A stretch of 51,482 nucleotides of DNA from an uncultured bacterium. GTDB taxonomy: Bacteria; Schekmanbacteria; GWA2-38-11; J061. The DNA lies in assembly GCA_964549305.1 (NCBI GenBank), contig CAZJVM010000013.1:1-51482 (forward strand), in the 5' to 3' direction. Of this stretch, positions 35,621 through 46,219 are shown piece by piece (position 1 is the first letter of the stretch; every line of letters starts with the position of its first letter). The position numbers and the translations under genes were made by a program. The notes under the pieces are model-generated. The model was not told the DNA's origin. It saw only the letters and a list, made by a program, of their open reading frames with translations, and ran no database searches.

Positions 35621-38008
35621 ATGGAAATGTTCGATGTTTTAAATATTGAAGACGCAAAGATACCCGCAAAGCTTCCTATGCTTCCTTTAAGAGACATAGT
35701 AGTGTTCCCCTTTATGATTATTCCTCTTTTCGTGGGAAGGGAAAAATCTATAATGGCAGTGGATAAAGCGCTTGCTTCGGACAACAGGATGATATTTCTG
35801 AGCGCCCAAAAAGACGGAGCAAACGACAACCCCTCGAAATCCGATATTCATACCATCGGCACTGTGGGAATGATTATGCGCATGCTCAAACTTCCCGACG
35901 GCAGGGTAAAGATTCTCGTTCAAGGCCTTGCAAAAGCAAAGATCGAAAACTATCTGCAGGAAGCCCCATGCTTCGATGTAAAGGTAAGGCTCATAAAAGA
36001 TCAGGCGCCGCCATCTAAAACTCCCGAAGTTGAAGGATTTATGAGAAACATCAAGGAACAGCTTCAAAAGGTCATCTCTATGGGACAGAGCATTCCGCCC
36101 GATATTTTAGTTGTTGCGGATAATCTCGATGAACCGGGACGCCTCGCGGACCTTGTTGTCTCCAATCTAAACATCAATGTGGACGAAGCTCAGGATGTTC
36201 TGGAAACAACGAATCCCCTCAAAAGACTTAAAAAGGTCGGAGAGTTTCTCAACAAGGAGCTCGAAGTCCTTATGGTCAAACACAAGATTCAGAGCGAAGC
36301 CAAAGATGAGATGAACAAGACACAGCGCGAATATTTTCTCAGGGAACAGCTCAAGGCAATCCAGAAAGAACTTGGTGACATAGACGAAAAAGGAGAAGAA
36401 ATAAGGGAATTTCGCTCAAAAATCAAAAAAGCGAAAATGCCGAAAGAGGTTTTGGAAGAGGCGAAAAAACAGCTTAAAAGACTTGAGAGGATGCATCCCG
36501 ACGCGGCAGAGGCAGGAGTGGTTCGCACCTATCTCGAATCTATCGTCGAACTCCCCTGGAGTAAAACTACAAAGGATAATCTTGACATAAAGAAGGCAAA
36601 GAAAGTTCTCGACGAAGACCACTACGACCTCGAAAAAGTGAAGGAACGAATTCTCGAATACCTGGGAGTGTGCAAATTAAAGAAAGTGATGAAGGGGCCT
36701 ATTCTCTGCTTCGTCGGACCTCCGGGAGTGGGCAAAACTTCTCTCGGAAAGTCCATTGCACGGGCTATCGGAAGAAAGTTCATCAGAATTTCGCTTGGAG
36801 GAGTAAGAGATGAAGCCGAAATTCGCGGGCACAGGAGAACTTATGTAGGCGCTATGCCGGGAAAAATCATACAGGGCATAAAGCAGGCTGGCTTCAACAA
36901 TCCCGTTTTTATGATGGATGAAATCGACAAGCTCGGAATGGATTTCAGGGGCGATCCCTCATCGGCGCTTCTCGAGGTGCTCGACCCGGAGCAAAACGAC
37001 AGTTTCACCGACCACTATCTGGGACTTCCCTTCAACCTTTCAAGGGTAATGTTCATCACTACGGCAAACCTTACAGACCCCATTCCGCCGGCACTCAAGG
37101 ACAGAATGGAGATTATCGAAATCCCGGGATACACCGACGAGGAAAAGGTGAAGATTGCGCAAAGATTCCTCCTGCAGAGACAAATGGATGAAAACGGAAT
37201 AAACGAAAAACATGTCCACATCTCCGAATCGGCGATTTTACAAATAATTTCAGGATACACCCGTGAATCGGGACTCAGAAACCTCGAGAGGGAAATCGCG
37301 AAGGTCTGCCGCAAAATTGCAAAGGATGTGGCTTCCGGTGAGAAGAAAAAGAAAAAGATAACGGCTGAAAATATTCACAATTATCTTGGCGTTCAGAAGT
37401 TTATGCGCGAATCGGAAAAGATGAAAAATGATATAGGAGTGTCGACCGGGCTTGCCTGGACGCCTTCCGGCGGAGAGCTGATATACATTGAATCGACCCT
37501 GATGAAGGGGAAAGGCGCGCTTACACTTACGGGACAACTGGGAAACGTAATGCAGGAATCTGCAAAGGCTGCTCTGAGTTATGCAAGGAACAAGGCTAAG
37601 GATTTCAAGATAAGCGAAACAATATTCGCGAAAAACGACATCCATATCCACGTGCCCGCTGGCGCGATTCCCAAAGACGGACCTTCCGCGGGAATTACCC
37701 TGGCAACCGCTCTTATATCGGCGCTAACGAAAAGACCGGTCAATAACAACATAGCAATGACAGGTGAAATCACTTTGAGGGGAAGAGTGCTTCCCATCGG
37801 CGGATTGAAAGAAAAATCCCTCGCCGCAAAGAGAGCGGGGATAGAATCGATAATCGTGCCCAGGGAAAACGAAAAAGATCTTTTTGAAATACCCGAGACA
37901 ATAAAAAAGGGGATAAATTACATTTTTGTGGATTCAATGGATGAAGTTCTGAAATACGTATTTGCGAAAAAGAGAACTACAAAAAAAAGAAAAAAGGCGG
38001 TCAAGTAG
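35621..38008 (+). CDS. lon: ATP-dependent Lon protease (LonA)
   Basis: LPLRDIVVFP, GPPGVGKT, GHRRTYVG, MDEIDK, PKDGPSAG catalytic Ser, GGLKEK. Confidence 0.98.
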   Translation: MEMFDVLNIEDAKIPAKLPMLPLRDIVVFPFMIIPLFVGREKSIMAVDKALASDNRMIFLSAQKDGANDNPSKSDIHTIGTVGMIMRMLKLPDGRVKILVQGLAKAKIENYLQEAPCFDVKVRLIKDQAPPSKTPEVEGFMRNIKEQLQKVISMGQSIPPDILVVADNLDEPGRLADLVVSNLNINVDEAQDVLETTNPLKRLKKVGEFLNKELEVLMVKHKIQSEAKDEMNKTQREYFLREQLKAIQKELGDIDEKGEEIREFRSKIKKAKMPKEVLEEAKKQLKRLERMHPDAAEAGVVRTYLESIVELPWSKTTKDNLDIKKAKKVLDEDHYDLEKVKERILEYLGVCKLKKVMKGPILCFVGPPGVGKTSLGKSIARAIGRKFIRISLGGVRDEAEIRGHRRTYVGAMPGKIIQGIKQAGFNNPVFMMDEIDKLGMDFRGDPSSALLEVLDPEQNDSFTDHYLGLPFNLSRVMFITTANLTDPIPPALKDRMEIIEIPGYTDEEKVKIAQRFLLQRQMDENGINEKHVHISESAILQIISGYTRESGLRNLEREIAKVCRKIAKDVASGEKKKKKITAENIHNYLGVQKFMRESEKMKNDIGVSTGLAWTPSGGELIYIESTLMKGKGALTLTGQLGNVMQESAKAALSYARNKAKDFKISETIFAKNDIHIHVPAGAIPKDGPSAGITLATALISALTKRPVNNNIAMTGEITLRGRVLPIGGLKEKSLAAKRAGIESIIVPRENEKDLFEIPETIKKGINYIFVDSMDEVLKYVFAKKRTTKKRKKAVK

Positions 38009-38014
38009 GTTGTC

Positions 38015-38542
38015 ATGAAAAAAGATAAGAAATACAAAATAGATTTAAGGGACATTCCCGAATGCGGGCTTTCCTTTGAGGAAAAGATATCAACAGACTA
38101 TATGAAGGGAATAGCCACAGGCGAGCTAAAAGAGCCTGTTTTCTTCTCAGGCGAAGTATATCTTTCGGGAAAAAGCGGCAATGCAAGAGGCAAAGTTTCA
38201 TTTTTAATGGAGTTTGAATGTTGCAGGTGCCTTGAAAAATATGAATTGCCTATGGAATCGGATTTCAATGTAACTTTACGGCAAAGCGATATCGCCGAAG
38301 ACAAAAAAGAACTGAGTCTGGAAGAGGAAGTCTATGTGATAAACGAAGACTTTCTTGATCTTGCCGATTTGGCCTGTGAGCAGATAGTGCTCACACTTCC
38401 GATGCAGTCCCTATGTTCGGAAATCTGCAAGGGGCTTTGTTCCCGGTGCGGAAAAAATCTGAACAAGGAAAAGTGTGACTGCCCTGACGCGAATATTGAT
38501 GCGCGATTTGCCGTTCTTGCAAAATTAAAAGAAAATGTTTAG
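38015..38542 (+). CDS. yceD: YceD/DUF177 family protein
   Basis: CCRCL, LCSEICKGLCSRCGKNLN...CDC, DARFAVL. Directly upstream of rpmF. Confidence 0.9.
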   Translation: MKKDKKYKIDLRDIPECGLSFEEKISTDYMKGIATGELKEPVFFSGEVYLSGKSGNARGKVSFLMEFECCRCLEKYELPMESDFNVTLRQSDIAEDKKELSLEEEVYVINEDFLDLADLACEQIVLTLPMQSLCSEICKGLCSRCGKNLNKEKCDCPDANIDARFAVLAKLKENV

Positions 38543-38569
38543 AAATAGTGTCTGAAAGGAGACGAAACA

Positions 38570-38755
38570 ATGGCTGTACCAAGCAGAAAAACATCGAGAA
38601 CAAGAAGAGACAAGAGAAGAAGTCACGATGCCCTTACGGCACCGCAATATACTCCCTGCCCTCAGTGTCAGGAACCTAAGCTTCCTCATAGAGTTTGCAG
38701 GCACTGCGGATATTACAAAGGGAAAGAAGTCGTTAAAATCGAAACTTCATCCTAA
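38570..38755 (+). CDS. rpmF: 50S ribosomal protein L32 (Zn-binding form)
   Basis: [34 protein letters not shown]. Confidence 0.98.
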   Translation: MAVPSRKTSRTRRDKRRSHDALTAPQYTPCPQCQEPKLPHRVCRHCGYYKGKEVVKIETSS

Positions 38756-38780
38756 CATCTTTTTCTGACAGGCTACGACT

Positions 38781-39848
38781 ATGATTGCCTTAGATGCAAT
38801 GGGGGGTGATTTTGCGCCCGGAGTTGTTGTCGAAGGTGCGCTCGATGCATATGAAGAATATGGTATAAAGACTATTCTCGTAGGCAACGAAGATGAAATC
38901 AGGCGCATTCTTCCCTCAGGAAGTGCTGCGTCTCAACTTCAAATAGTAAAGAGCGAAGAGTTTGTAGAAATGCACGAAGTCCCTTCAGAATCCTTTTTCG
39001 CGAAACCATCGTCTTCCATTCGCACCGGAATACAACTCGTAAAGGAAGAAAAGGCCGAGGCATTTATAAGCGCCGGAAATACGGGCGCAGTAATGTTTGC
39101 CGCCTATAAAATCCTCGGAACTATTAAAGACGTTTCCCGTCCCGCGATAATCTGTTCCATTCCCACACCACGGGGGAACAGTTTTCTTCTCGATTGCGGC
39201 GCAACTGCGGAATCGAAATCCCAATGGCTGAAACAGTTCGCCATTATGGGGCATATTTACTGCACGAGGTTTCAGGGCATGAACAATCCTTCGACGGGAC
39301 TGCTTAACAACGGTTCGGAAAAGAGCAAGGGCATAAGATCACTTCAGGATGCCTATGAAATGCTCGGCGCGGAAAAGGAAATTAACTTCAAAGGTTTCGT
39401 GGAACCAAAGGACATTCTCTCAGGATCCGTGGACATAGCCGTAACGGACGGTTTTTCGGGAAATATATTCTTAAAAACAATTGAAGCGTGGGCAACCACG
39501 TTCATCGAGATGTACGCGCAGAACCAGTCAAAAAGTCTGAAAAACAAACTCTTTTCATTCTTCTCTAAAAATTCCATTGATGAAGTACTTGATAAACTCG
39601 TAGTTTCAAGCTACGGAGGTTCACCTCTACTCGGCATAAACGGATTATGCGTTATATGCCACGGCGAATCCAATGCCACAAGCATCAAAAACGCAATCAG
39701 AATTACCAACGACTATGTTTCACGTGACTTCATCAATGTAATATCAGGTGAAACGAGCAGAATCTCCTCGGCAGGGAAAAAAAGAGATGTCCCCAAAAAA
39801 AATGGACTTCGCAGAATTTGGAAATCTATTTTCAGGGAAAAAAAGTAA
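38781..39848 (+). CDS. plsX: Phosphate acyltransferase PlsX
   Basis: IALDAMGGDFAP, SAGNTGA, RPA, TDGFSGN. Follows rpmF. Confidence 0.92.
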   Translation: MIALDAMGGDFAPGVVVEGALDAYEEYGIKTILVGNEDEIRRILPSGSAASQLQIVKSEEFVEMHEVPSESFFAKPSSSIRTGIQLVKEEKAEAFISAGNTGAVMFAAYKILGTIKDVSRPAIICSIPTPRGNSFLLDCGATAESKSQWLKQFAIMGHIYCTRFQGMNNPSTGLLNNGSEKSKGIRSLQDAYEMLGAEKEINFKGFVEPKDILSGSVDIAVTDGFSGNIFLKTIEAWATTFIEMYAQNQSKSLKNKLFSFFSKNSIDEVLDKLVVSSYGGSPLLGINGLCVICHGESNATSIKNAIRITNDYVSRDFINVISGETSRISSAGKKRDVPKKNGLRRIWKSIFREKK

Positions 39849-39853
39849 AAGAG

Positions 39854-40987
39854 TTACTTGCCGACGTATATCCTGTCCACTCTTTTACCCACAGAACAAA
39901 GCACCTCATAGGGAATTGTATCTATTCGTTCCGCAATTTCATCGGCGCCTATCATTTTTCCACCGGCACTTCCCATTAAAACAACCTCATCGCCGATTTT
40001 CGCTTCGCTTATATTTGTTACGTCAATCATCGTCTGGTCCATACATACTCTTCCCACAACGGGGGCATATTGCCCGTGAAGAAGAACGGAAAAATTATTG
40101 GAAAGTTTTCTGCTCAAACCATCTGCATAACCGCAACCAATGGTCGCTATTTTCATCTTTTCGCGACATTTATAGGTACGTCCATAGCTGATAAAATTTC
40201 CCTCGTTAACTTCCTTTATAAAAGTTATCACGCTTTTGAGAGTCATCACGGGATGAAGCGAAATATCAGTCGAATTATCTATGCACGGTTTATATCCGTA
40301 AAGCATAAGCCCTATCCTTGAAAAGGCATACATCGTGTCGGGATATTTAAGGAATGCGGCGCTGTTTGCGGCATGAAAATCAGCTGGTCCGGTAATGGAA
40401 TCGATTTTCTCCCTGCATTCATCGAATCTTGACAACTGAAGCATGGTGTAGGCGTCGTCAACAGAGTCCGCTTCGGCAAAATGCATCATAACGCCTTCCA
40501 CTTCGATATACTTCAATTCACTCAGGAATGAAAAAAAGGAGTCTGTTTCAGAAGCGGAAATGCCCAGGCGTCCCATTCCCGTGTCTATCTCTACGTTAAC
40601 TTTTATCTTTCTGCCGGCTCTTTCCGCCTCTTTGTTTAGCTCCGAAGCAATCTCTTTTGAATATATTACGGGAACAACATCATATTTCGCTACACATTCA
40701 GCTTCACCAAAAATCACTCCGCCGAAGATTATGATTTTCGACTTCACCCCCCCATGGCGTAATTCCGCCGCTTCCTTCAGGCAGGCAACGGCAAAGACTT
40801 CCACTCCCTTATCTTCGAGAAATCTTGTAACTTCCACGGCGCCGTGCCCGTAGGCGTCGGCTTTTACAACACACAATAACTTTTTGCCTTCGGGAATTCT
40901 TTTTCTGATCTGGTTCAGATTGTACTCGAGAGAATTGAGATTTATTTCAGCCCTAGTGAGACTTTTAATTGTGTTCATCTCTTTCAC
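39854..40987 (-). CDS. alr: Alanine racemase
   Basis: VVKADAYGHG, DTGMGRLG, ANSA, SYG, GYADG, GRVCMDQ, TIPYE. Alternative start ATG 40978. Confidence 0.97.
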   Translation of the reverse strand: MKEMNTIKSLTRAEINLNSLEYNLNQIRKRIPEGKKLLCVVKADAYGHGAVEVTRFLEDKGVEVFAVACLKEAAELRHGGVKSKIIIFGGVIFGEAECVAKYDVVPVIYSKEIASELNKEAERAGRKIKVNVEIDTGMGRLGISASETDSFFSFLSELKYIEVEGVMMHFAEADSVDDAYTMLQLSRFDECREKIDSITGPADFHAANSAAFLKYPDTMYAFSRIGLMLYGYKPCIDNSTDISLHPVMTLKSVITFIKEVNEGNFISYGRTYKCREKMKIATIGCGYADGLSRKLSNNFSVLLHGQYAPVVGRVCMDQTMIDVTNISEAKIGDEVVLMGSAGGKMIGADEIAERIDTIPYEVLCSVGKRVDRIYVGK

Positions 40988-40996
40988 AGGCTTTTT

Positions 40997-42352
40997 TTAT
41001 GCGTATTCATTCTGACTAAGATTTTCAAAGCGAGTACAGTAATTGAGAAATGCAAGCTTCACTGTCCCCACAGGGCCGTTTCTCTGCTTTCTGATAATAA
41101 TTTCCGCCACATTAAGGTTATCTCCATTTTCCCCGGCTGCATCCTCCCTGTAAATGAAAGCCACAAGGTCGGCGTCCTGTTCGATTGCGCCTGATTCCCT
41201 CAAATCGGCAAGAATGGGCCTTTTATCATTTCTTCCCTCAGGGGACCTGTTTAACTGCGAAAGAGCGATAACTGGGACATTCAAATCCTTCGCCATTTCT
41301 TTCAAAGAGCGTGAGATATCGGATATTTCCTGCTGACGGCTTTCGTATCTGCGCTCTCCCCTCATCAACTGCATATAATCTATGATGACCAAATCAACGC
41401 CCACAACGCTTTTAATTCTTCTCGCCTTCGCGCGAAGTTCAAGCATTGTAATGCCCGGGGTGTCGTCAATGAATATCCTTGCCTTGGAAAGGCGCCCCGC
41501 GGACCTGTTGAGCTGCTGCAATTGCTGTTTCATATTCTTGTCAAAAAAACCTGTGCGCAAACGATGTATATCAACCCTTGCATCCGAGCAGAGCATTCTC
41601 ATTGCAAGCTGTTCTGAGGACATTTCAAGGCTGAAAACAAGAACCTTCGCTTCCTTCTCGCAGGCTGCAAACTGGGCAATATTCATAGAGAAAGCAGTTT
41701 TGCCCATTCCCGGCCTTCCCGCGATGACGACCAAGTCGGAGGGATGAAGTCCTGCCGTTTTATCATCAAAATCTATAAATCCCGTCTCGATTCCCGTAAC
41801 CTTTCCCCTGCTGCTGTAAAACTCATTTATCATCTCAAGACTTGACGGAATGATTTTTTCTATTGCTTCGGGACCCTTGGTAATGTTGCCCTGCGCAATT
41901 TCCGAAATCGAGCTTTCGGCATTCATAAGAATTTCCGTGGAGTCAGCACTTTCGAGATAACATTTTTCAAGAGTTTCTCTCGAGGAATTGAGAATATTGC
42001 GAAGTATGGATTTTTCCTTAACTATCTTTGCGTAATGAAGAATATTTGCTGAGGTGGGAATTACTTCGAGAAGCTGCGAAAGATAAATGGCTCCCCCTAT
42101 GGTTTCCAACTGATGCTTGTTTTCAAGAGATTCCTTGAGAGTAACTAAATCAATGGCGGTACCTTCTCTGTCAAGCTCCACCATTGCTTCAAAAATTATC
42201 TTGTTGGATTTTACAAAAAAATCATCGGAAGTTATTACTTCAAGGCATATGTTTATTGAATAATTATCAAGCAGAATTCCGCCTAAAACGGATTTCTCTG
42301 CATCATTACTGTATGGAGGGACTTTGATAGCATCTTTTATGCCATTTTCCAT
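40997..42352 (-). CDS. dnaB: Replicative DNA helicase
   Basis: PPYSNDAE, GRPGMGKT, FSLEM, IDYMQL, LSQLNR, DLRESGAIEQDAD, KQRNGP. Confidence 0.98.
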   Translation of the reverse strand: MENGIKDAIKVPPYSNDAEKSVLGGILLDNYSINICLEVITSDDFFVKSNKIIFEAMVELDREGTAIDLVTLKESLENKHQLETIGGAIYLSQLLEVIPTSANILHYAKIVKEKSILRNILNSSRETLEKCYLESADSTEILMNAESSISEIAQGNITKGPEAIEKIIPSSLEMINEFYSSRGKVTGIETGFIDFDDKTAGLHPSDLVVIAGRPGMGKTAFSMNIAQFAACEKEAKVLVFSLEMSSEQLAMRMLCSDARVDIHRLRTGFFDKNMKQQLQQLNRSAGRLSKARIFIDDTPGITMLELRAKARRIKSVVGVDLVIIDYMQLMRGERRYESRQQEISDISRSLKEMAKDLNVPVIALSQLNRSPEGRNDKRPILADLRESGAIEQDADLVAFIYREDAAGENGDNLNVAEIIIRKQRNGPVGTVKLAFLNYCTRFENLSQNEYA

Positions 42353-42376
42353 TGAATAATTAAAAAGGTTGAATTG

Positions 42377-42832
42377 TTATTCTTCTTCTTTTTCTTTTAC
42401 AACCCAAACTTTTACTTCCGAAGTAACCTCAGGGTGGAGGCTTACCTGAACATCATAAACACCTAAAGCTTTTATCGGTTCATCGAGAAGAACATCTTTC
42501 TTGTCCAGTTCCAGACCTTCAGATTTAAGGGCATCGGCTACATCCATATTAGTAACGGAACCGTAAAGCTTGTCGCCTTCCCCTGCGTGTCTTACTATAG
42601 TTACCGAAACTTTTTTAATTTTATTCGAAAGCTCTTCTGCCGCCTTCTTCCTCTTTCCCTCGCGTTTAACCTCTAATATTCTCTCTTCTTCGATTACTGA
42701 TATATTTCCCTTTGAGGCAACAACGGCAATTCCCTGAGGAATGAGATAATTCCTTCCGTATCCGCTTTTTACCTTAACGAGTTCACCTTTTTTCCCCAAT
42801 TTATCGAAATCTTTTTTAAGTAATACTTCCAT
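42377..42832 (-). CDS. rplI: 50S ribosomal protein L9
   Basis: MEVLLKKD...LG...VKSGYGRNYLIP, LYGSV, PIKALG. Start moved to ATG 42832, which follows AAGGAG. Confidence 0.97.
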   Translation of the reverse strand: MEVLLKKDFDKLGKKGELVKVKSGYGRNYLIPQGIAVVASKGNISVIEEERILEVKREGKRKKAAEELSNKIKKVSVTIVRHAGEGDKLYGSVTNMDVADALKSEGLELDKKDVLLDEPIKALGVYDVQVSLHPEVTSEVKVWVVKEKEEE

Positions 42833-42857
42833 TTTAACAACTCCTTTTTGTGTTCTC

Positions 42858-43106
42858 TTATCTTCCAACGGTAAAAGGCACAAGAGCAAGAGTTCTTGCT
42901 CTCTTTATTGCCGAAGTGAGTCTTCTCTGGTGTTTGGCGCAGTTACCCGAAATCCTGCGAGGTATTATCTTACCCCTTTCAGTCATATAGTTTCTGAGTT
43001 TCTTGACGTCTTTATAATCTGTTTCCAGTTTATTTGTACAAAAATTGCAATATCTCTTCTGATGAACGATTTTCCTTTTTGATCTTTTTCTTTTAATTCG
43101 TGCCAT
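42858..43106 (-). CDS. rpsR: 30S ribosomal protein S18 (Zn-binding form)
   Basis: [33 protein letters not shown]. Confidence 0.98.
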   Translation of the reverse strand: MARIKRKRSKRKIVHQKRYCNFCTNKLETDYKDVKKLRNYMTERGKIIPRRISGNCAKHQRRLTSAIKRARTLALVPFTVGR

Positions 43107-43126
43107 TATTTCTCCCAGACTTTCTA

Positions 43127-43537
43127 TTAAAATGGTACATCATCATCTTCGCCTTCAAAGGCTTTTACATCAGATTCATTTCCCTGATAAGATGATGATT
43201 GCTTATCGCCTCTTGGCAAAAGAACTATATCCGATGCCTCGATGAGCATTCTCGATCTATCTTTGCCCTCATTGTCGGTCCACCTGTTCTCTTTAAGTCG
43301 CCCGTCAACAAGCACCGGCGAACCCTTTTTCAGATAATTACTGCATATATCCGCAAGTTTGCGCCACGCGTTCACTTCAATAAAGAGGACATCATCTTTC
43401 TTCTCCCCTTCCTTGGTCGTATATTGCCTGTTTACAGCAACCCGGAAGGACGCAACCGACACGCCGGAAGTCGTGTATCTTACTTCAGGGTCTTTTGTCA
43501 GGTTTCCCGCCACAATAATTTTGTTAAAACCTTTCAT
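43127..43537 (-). CDS. ssb: Single-stranded DNA-binding protein
   Basis: [19 protein letters not shown]-terminal DDDVPF. Lies between rpsF and rpsR. Confidence 0.97.
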   Translation of the reverse strand: MKGFNKIIVAGNLTKDPEVRYTTSGVSVASFRVAVNRQYTTKEGEKKDDVLFIEVNAWRKLADICSNYLKKGSPVLVDGRLKENRWTDNEGKDRSRMLIEASDIVLLPRGDKQSSSYQGNESDVKAFEGEDDDVPF

Positions 43538-43540
43538 AAT

Positions 43541-43912
43541 TTACGCTTTCTTTTGAGGTTCAACATTGGAAACTTCTTCGGTTTTTTTCGCCTCTTCTTT
43601 TTTAAGGCGCTCATTTAATTCTTCCGCCGTTATTTTCAAAGTTAATTGCCTGAGTACATTTTCGTCTATTCTCAAAAATCTGCTGATTACCTTGATTGTT
43701 TCAGGTGTCGCTGTATAATTTAAGAGGATGTAAAATCCCTCTTCCTGCTTCCTGATGGCATAGGCAAGCTTTCTGATACCCCATTTCTCTACATTCAATA
43801 TTTTGCCGTCGTTTTTTCTTACCGTATCTTCTATCTTCTCCTGAATTTCCTTTTCTATGTACTGCGTATCTGTCGACGATTTCAATATCACTACTGTTTC
43901 ATATGTTTTCAC
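43541..43912 (-). CDS. rpsF: 30S ribosomal protein S6
   Basis: TYETVVIL, WGIRKLAYAI, VLR. GTG start. Confidence 0.96.
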   Translation of the reverse strand: MKTYETVVILKSSTDTQYIEKEIQEKIEDTVRKNDGKILNVEKWGIRKLAYAIRKQEEGFYILLNYTATPETIKVISRFLRIDENVLRQLTLKITAEELNERLKKEEAKKTEEVSNVEPQKKA

Positions 43913-43915
43913 TTT

Positions 43916-44488
43916 CTAAAATTCCTCCGTATTTCTGCTGTTGAATACATTCATTGCTGCGTTTGCTCCTTTTTCAATTATATATTCAAAGGCATCTGCC
44001 GCAATCATCATGGCATCTGCCATTTTATCTTTATCTTCTCTAAAAGCGGAAAGTACATAATCAACAACATCTTCTTTAAATTGGGGTCTTCCGATGCCTA
44101 TTCTTATTCTTAAAAAATCTTTTCCCCGCATCGACTCTATTATCGATTTTATGCCTTTATGCCCTCCGTGACCTCCTCCGCGCTTTATTCTAACCTTACC
44201 CGGCAAAAGGTCAAGGTCATCGTGAATAACTATTATGTCATCAATATCAGCCCCATAGATGTCCGTAAAATGCTTCACGGCTTTCCCGCTAAGGTTGACA
44301 AAAGTCCTCGGTTTTAAAAGAACAATTCTCTCACCGCCAATATCCGTTTCACACAAATATGCCAGTTTGTGGCGCTGAAATTTCACACTATACTTTTTTT
44401 TAAAAAAATCTAAAACAAGCCATCCGGCATTGTGCCTTGTTGACCTGTAATCAAGTCCGGGGTTCCCTATTCCAACAACAATTTTCAA
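43916..44488 (-). CDS. pth: Peptidyl-tRNA hydrolase
   Basis: GIGNPG, TRHNAG, KPRTFVNLSG, HDDLD, GGHKG, RIRIGIGRP. Confidence 0.97.
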   Translation of the reverse strand: MKIVVGIGNPGLDYRSTRHNAGWLVLDFFKKKYSVKFQRHKLAYLCETDIGGERIVLLKPRTFVNLSGKAVKHFTDIYGADIDDIIVIHDDLDLLPGKVRIKRGGGHGGHKGIKSIIESMRGKDFLRIRIGIGRPQFKEDVVDYVLSAFREDKDKMADAMMIAADAFEYIIEKGANAAMNVFNSRNTEEF

Positions 44489-44515
44489 ATTGAATTTACG
44501 TTATTGATATACAAA

Positions 44516-45238
44516 TCAAGAATCTTTTTCACCACTCTTTTTGTCTTTAGCTTCTCCACCCTCGGATTTTCCCTCTGCCTTTGCTTCTTCTCCACCTTCC
44601 TTGGCCTCGCCTTCCGCTCCTTCGGCTGCGCCTTCTTCACCTTCTTCGCCTTCAACAGCCTCTTCTTCCTTAACTTCGACTTTCGGAGCTACTACGGAAA
44701 CTATGGCAATGCCCGGCTCTTCAAGAATTGTCACATCATCACTGAGCTTAAGATCTGAAATATGTATGCTCTCATTAAGCCTGAGTTCGGTAATATCAAC
44801 CTCGACAGTTTCAGGGATTGCGTTTGGAAACGCTTCAATATCAAGCTGTCTGTGCACAAGATTGATAAGTCCGCCGTCTTCGATAACTCCCTTGCTTTTC
44901 CCGGTAATCTTAATGGGAACAGTAATGGAAAGTTTCTTTGTCATATCTACCTTCAAAAAATCCACGTGAATAATATTTCCGGATATGGGATCTCTCTGCG
45001 TTTCCTTGAGAATTACATGTGAATTAAAATCCGAACCATCCACTTCAAGCTCTACTATGGGGTGACCTGAAGGATTTTGTGCTACTGCAAGGGAGAGAAC
45101 TTTACTTTCAATCTGTACGGAAATATTCACACCGTCTCCGTATACTACCGCAGGAATCAAACCCTGCCGTCTGAGTTTTTTGGAAATTTCCTTTCCCTTT
45201 ATTTCTCTTTTTGATGCCTTTAAAGTTGATATCTGCAT
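44516..45238 (-). CDS. rplY: 50S ribosomal protein L25 / general stress protein Ctc
   Basis: LRRQGLIPAVVYG, QRDP...HVDF, acidic Glu/Gly/Ala tail. Confidence 0.96.
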   Translation of the reverse strand: MQISTLKASKREIKGKEISKKLRRQGLIPAVVYGDGVNISVQIESKVLSLAVAQNPSGHPIVELEVDGSDFNSHVILKETQRDPISGNIIHVDFLKVDMTKKLSITVPIKITGKSKGVIEDGGLINLVHRQLDIEAFPNAIPETVEVDITELRLNESIHISDLKLSDDVTILEEPGIAIVSVVAPKVEVKEEEAVEGEEGEEGAAEGAEGEAKEGGEEAKAEGKSEGGEAKDKKSGEKDS

Positions 45239-45250
45239 TTTAACATCCTC

Positions 45251-46192
45251 TTAAACAAATAGTGAACTTACTGACTGACCCGTATGTATATTATTAATTG
45301 CTTTTGAAAGCAATTCCGCTATCGAAAGCGTTTTAACCTTCGGGGACTTCTTATCATCCGTTAACTCTATTGTATTTGTAACGATTATCTCTTTCAGCAC
45401 ATCGGAACCGTTTATTCTTTCCATTGCAGGTCCCGAGAAAATCGGATGGGTGCAGGATGCATATACATCTTTTGCTCCGTTTTTACGAAGAGCGTTAACT
45501 GCCTGAATCAGCGTACCCGCAGTATCGATAATGTCATCAATGATTATAACATCCTTCCCGTCTACATTGCCTATTATGTTCATAACTTTTGCCACATTAG
45601 GCGCATCCCGCCTTTTATCAATTATTGCAAGCGATGTCTTCAGCTTTTTGGCAATTGCACGCGCTCTCTCCACACCTCCCGCGTCAGGAGATATTACAAC
45701 GAGAGACTCGAAATTCTTTTTCTTCAGATAATCTACGAGAACCGGTTCAGCGAAAAGATGGTCAACGGGAATGTTAAAGAATCCCTGAATCTGTCCCGCG
45801 TGCAAATCAACGGTAAGAACTCTGTTTGCTCCTGCCGCCGTAATCAGGTCTGCAACAAGTTTTGATGTTATGGGAACTCTCGGCATCACTTTTCTATCCT
45901 GACGGGCATAGCAGAAATACGGAAAAACAGCCGTTATTCTTTCCGCGGAAGCTCTCTTCAGGGCATCTATCATAATGAGAAGCTCCATCAGGTTCCTGTT
46001 CACAGGCGCGGAACCCGATTGTATGACAAAAACATCCTTACCCCTTACATTCTCGTTTATCTGAACGTGGATTTCTCCGTCGCTGAAATGCCCTACCAAT
46101 GCATCTCCCAGAGGAATCCCGAGATAACCGCAAATTTCCTCTGCAAGAGGTTTATTTGAGTTGCCGCAAAAAATTTTAATACCGTTATTCAT
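45251..46192 (-). CDS. prs: Ribose-phosphate pyrophosphokinase
   Basis: [38 protein letters not shown]. Confidence 0.98.
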   Translation of the reverse strand: MNNGIKIFCGNSNKPLAEEICGYLGIPLGDALVGHFSDGEIHVQINENVRGKDVFVIQSGSAPVNRNLMELLIMIDALKRASAERITAVFPYFCYARQDRKVMPRVPITSKLVADLITAAGANRVLTVDLHAGQIQGFFNIPVDHLFAEPVLVDYLKKKNFESLVVISPDAGGVERARAIAKKLKTSLAIIDKRRDAPNVAKVMNIIGNVDGKDVIIIDDIIDTAGTLIQAVNALRKNGAKDVYASCTHPIFSGPAMERINGSDVLKEIIVTNTIELTDDKKSPKVKTLSIAELLSKAINNIHTGQSVSSLFV

Positions 46193-46219
46193 TACTTATC
46201 AATCCTTTTATATTGAATT

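Noticed and set aside
44516-44670. CTT/GCC-rich tandem-like repeats
   Set aside because: They are explained by the Glu/Gly/Ala/Lys low-complexity tail normal for Ctc-type L25.
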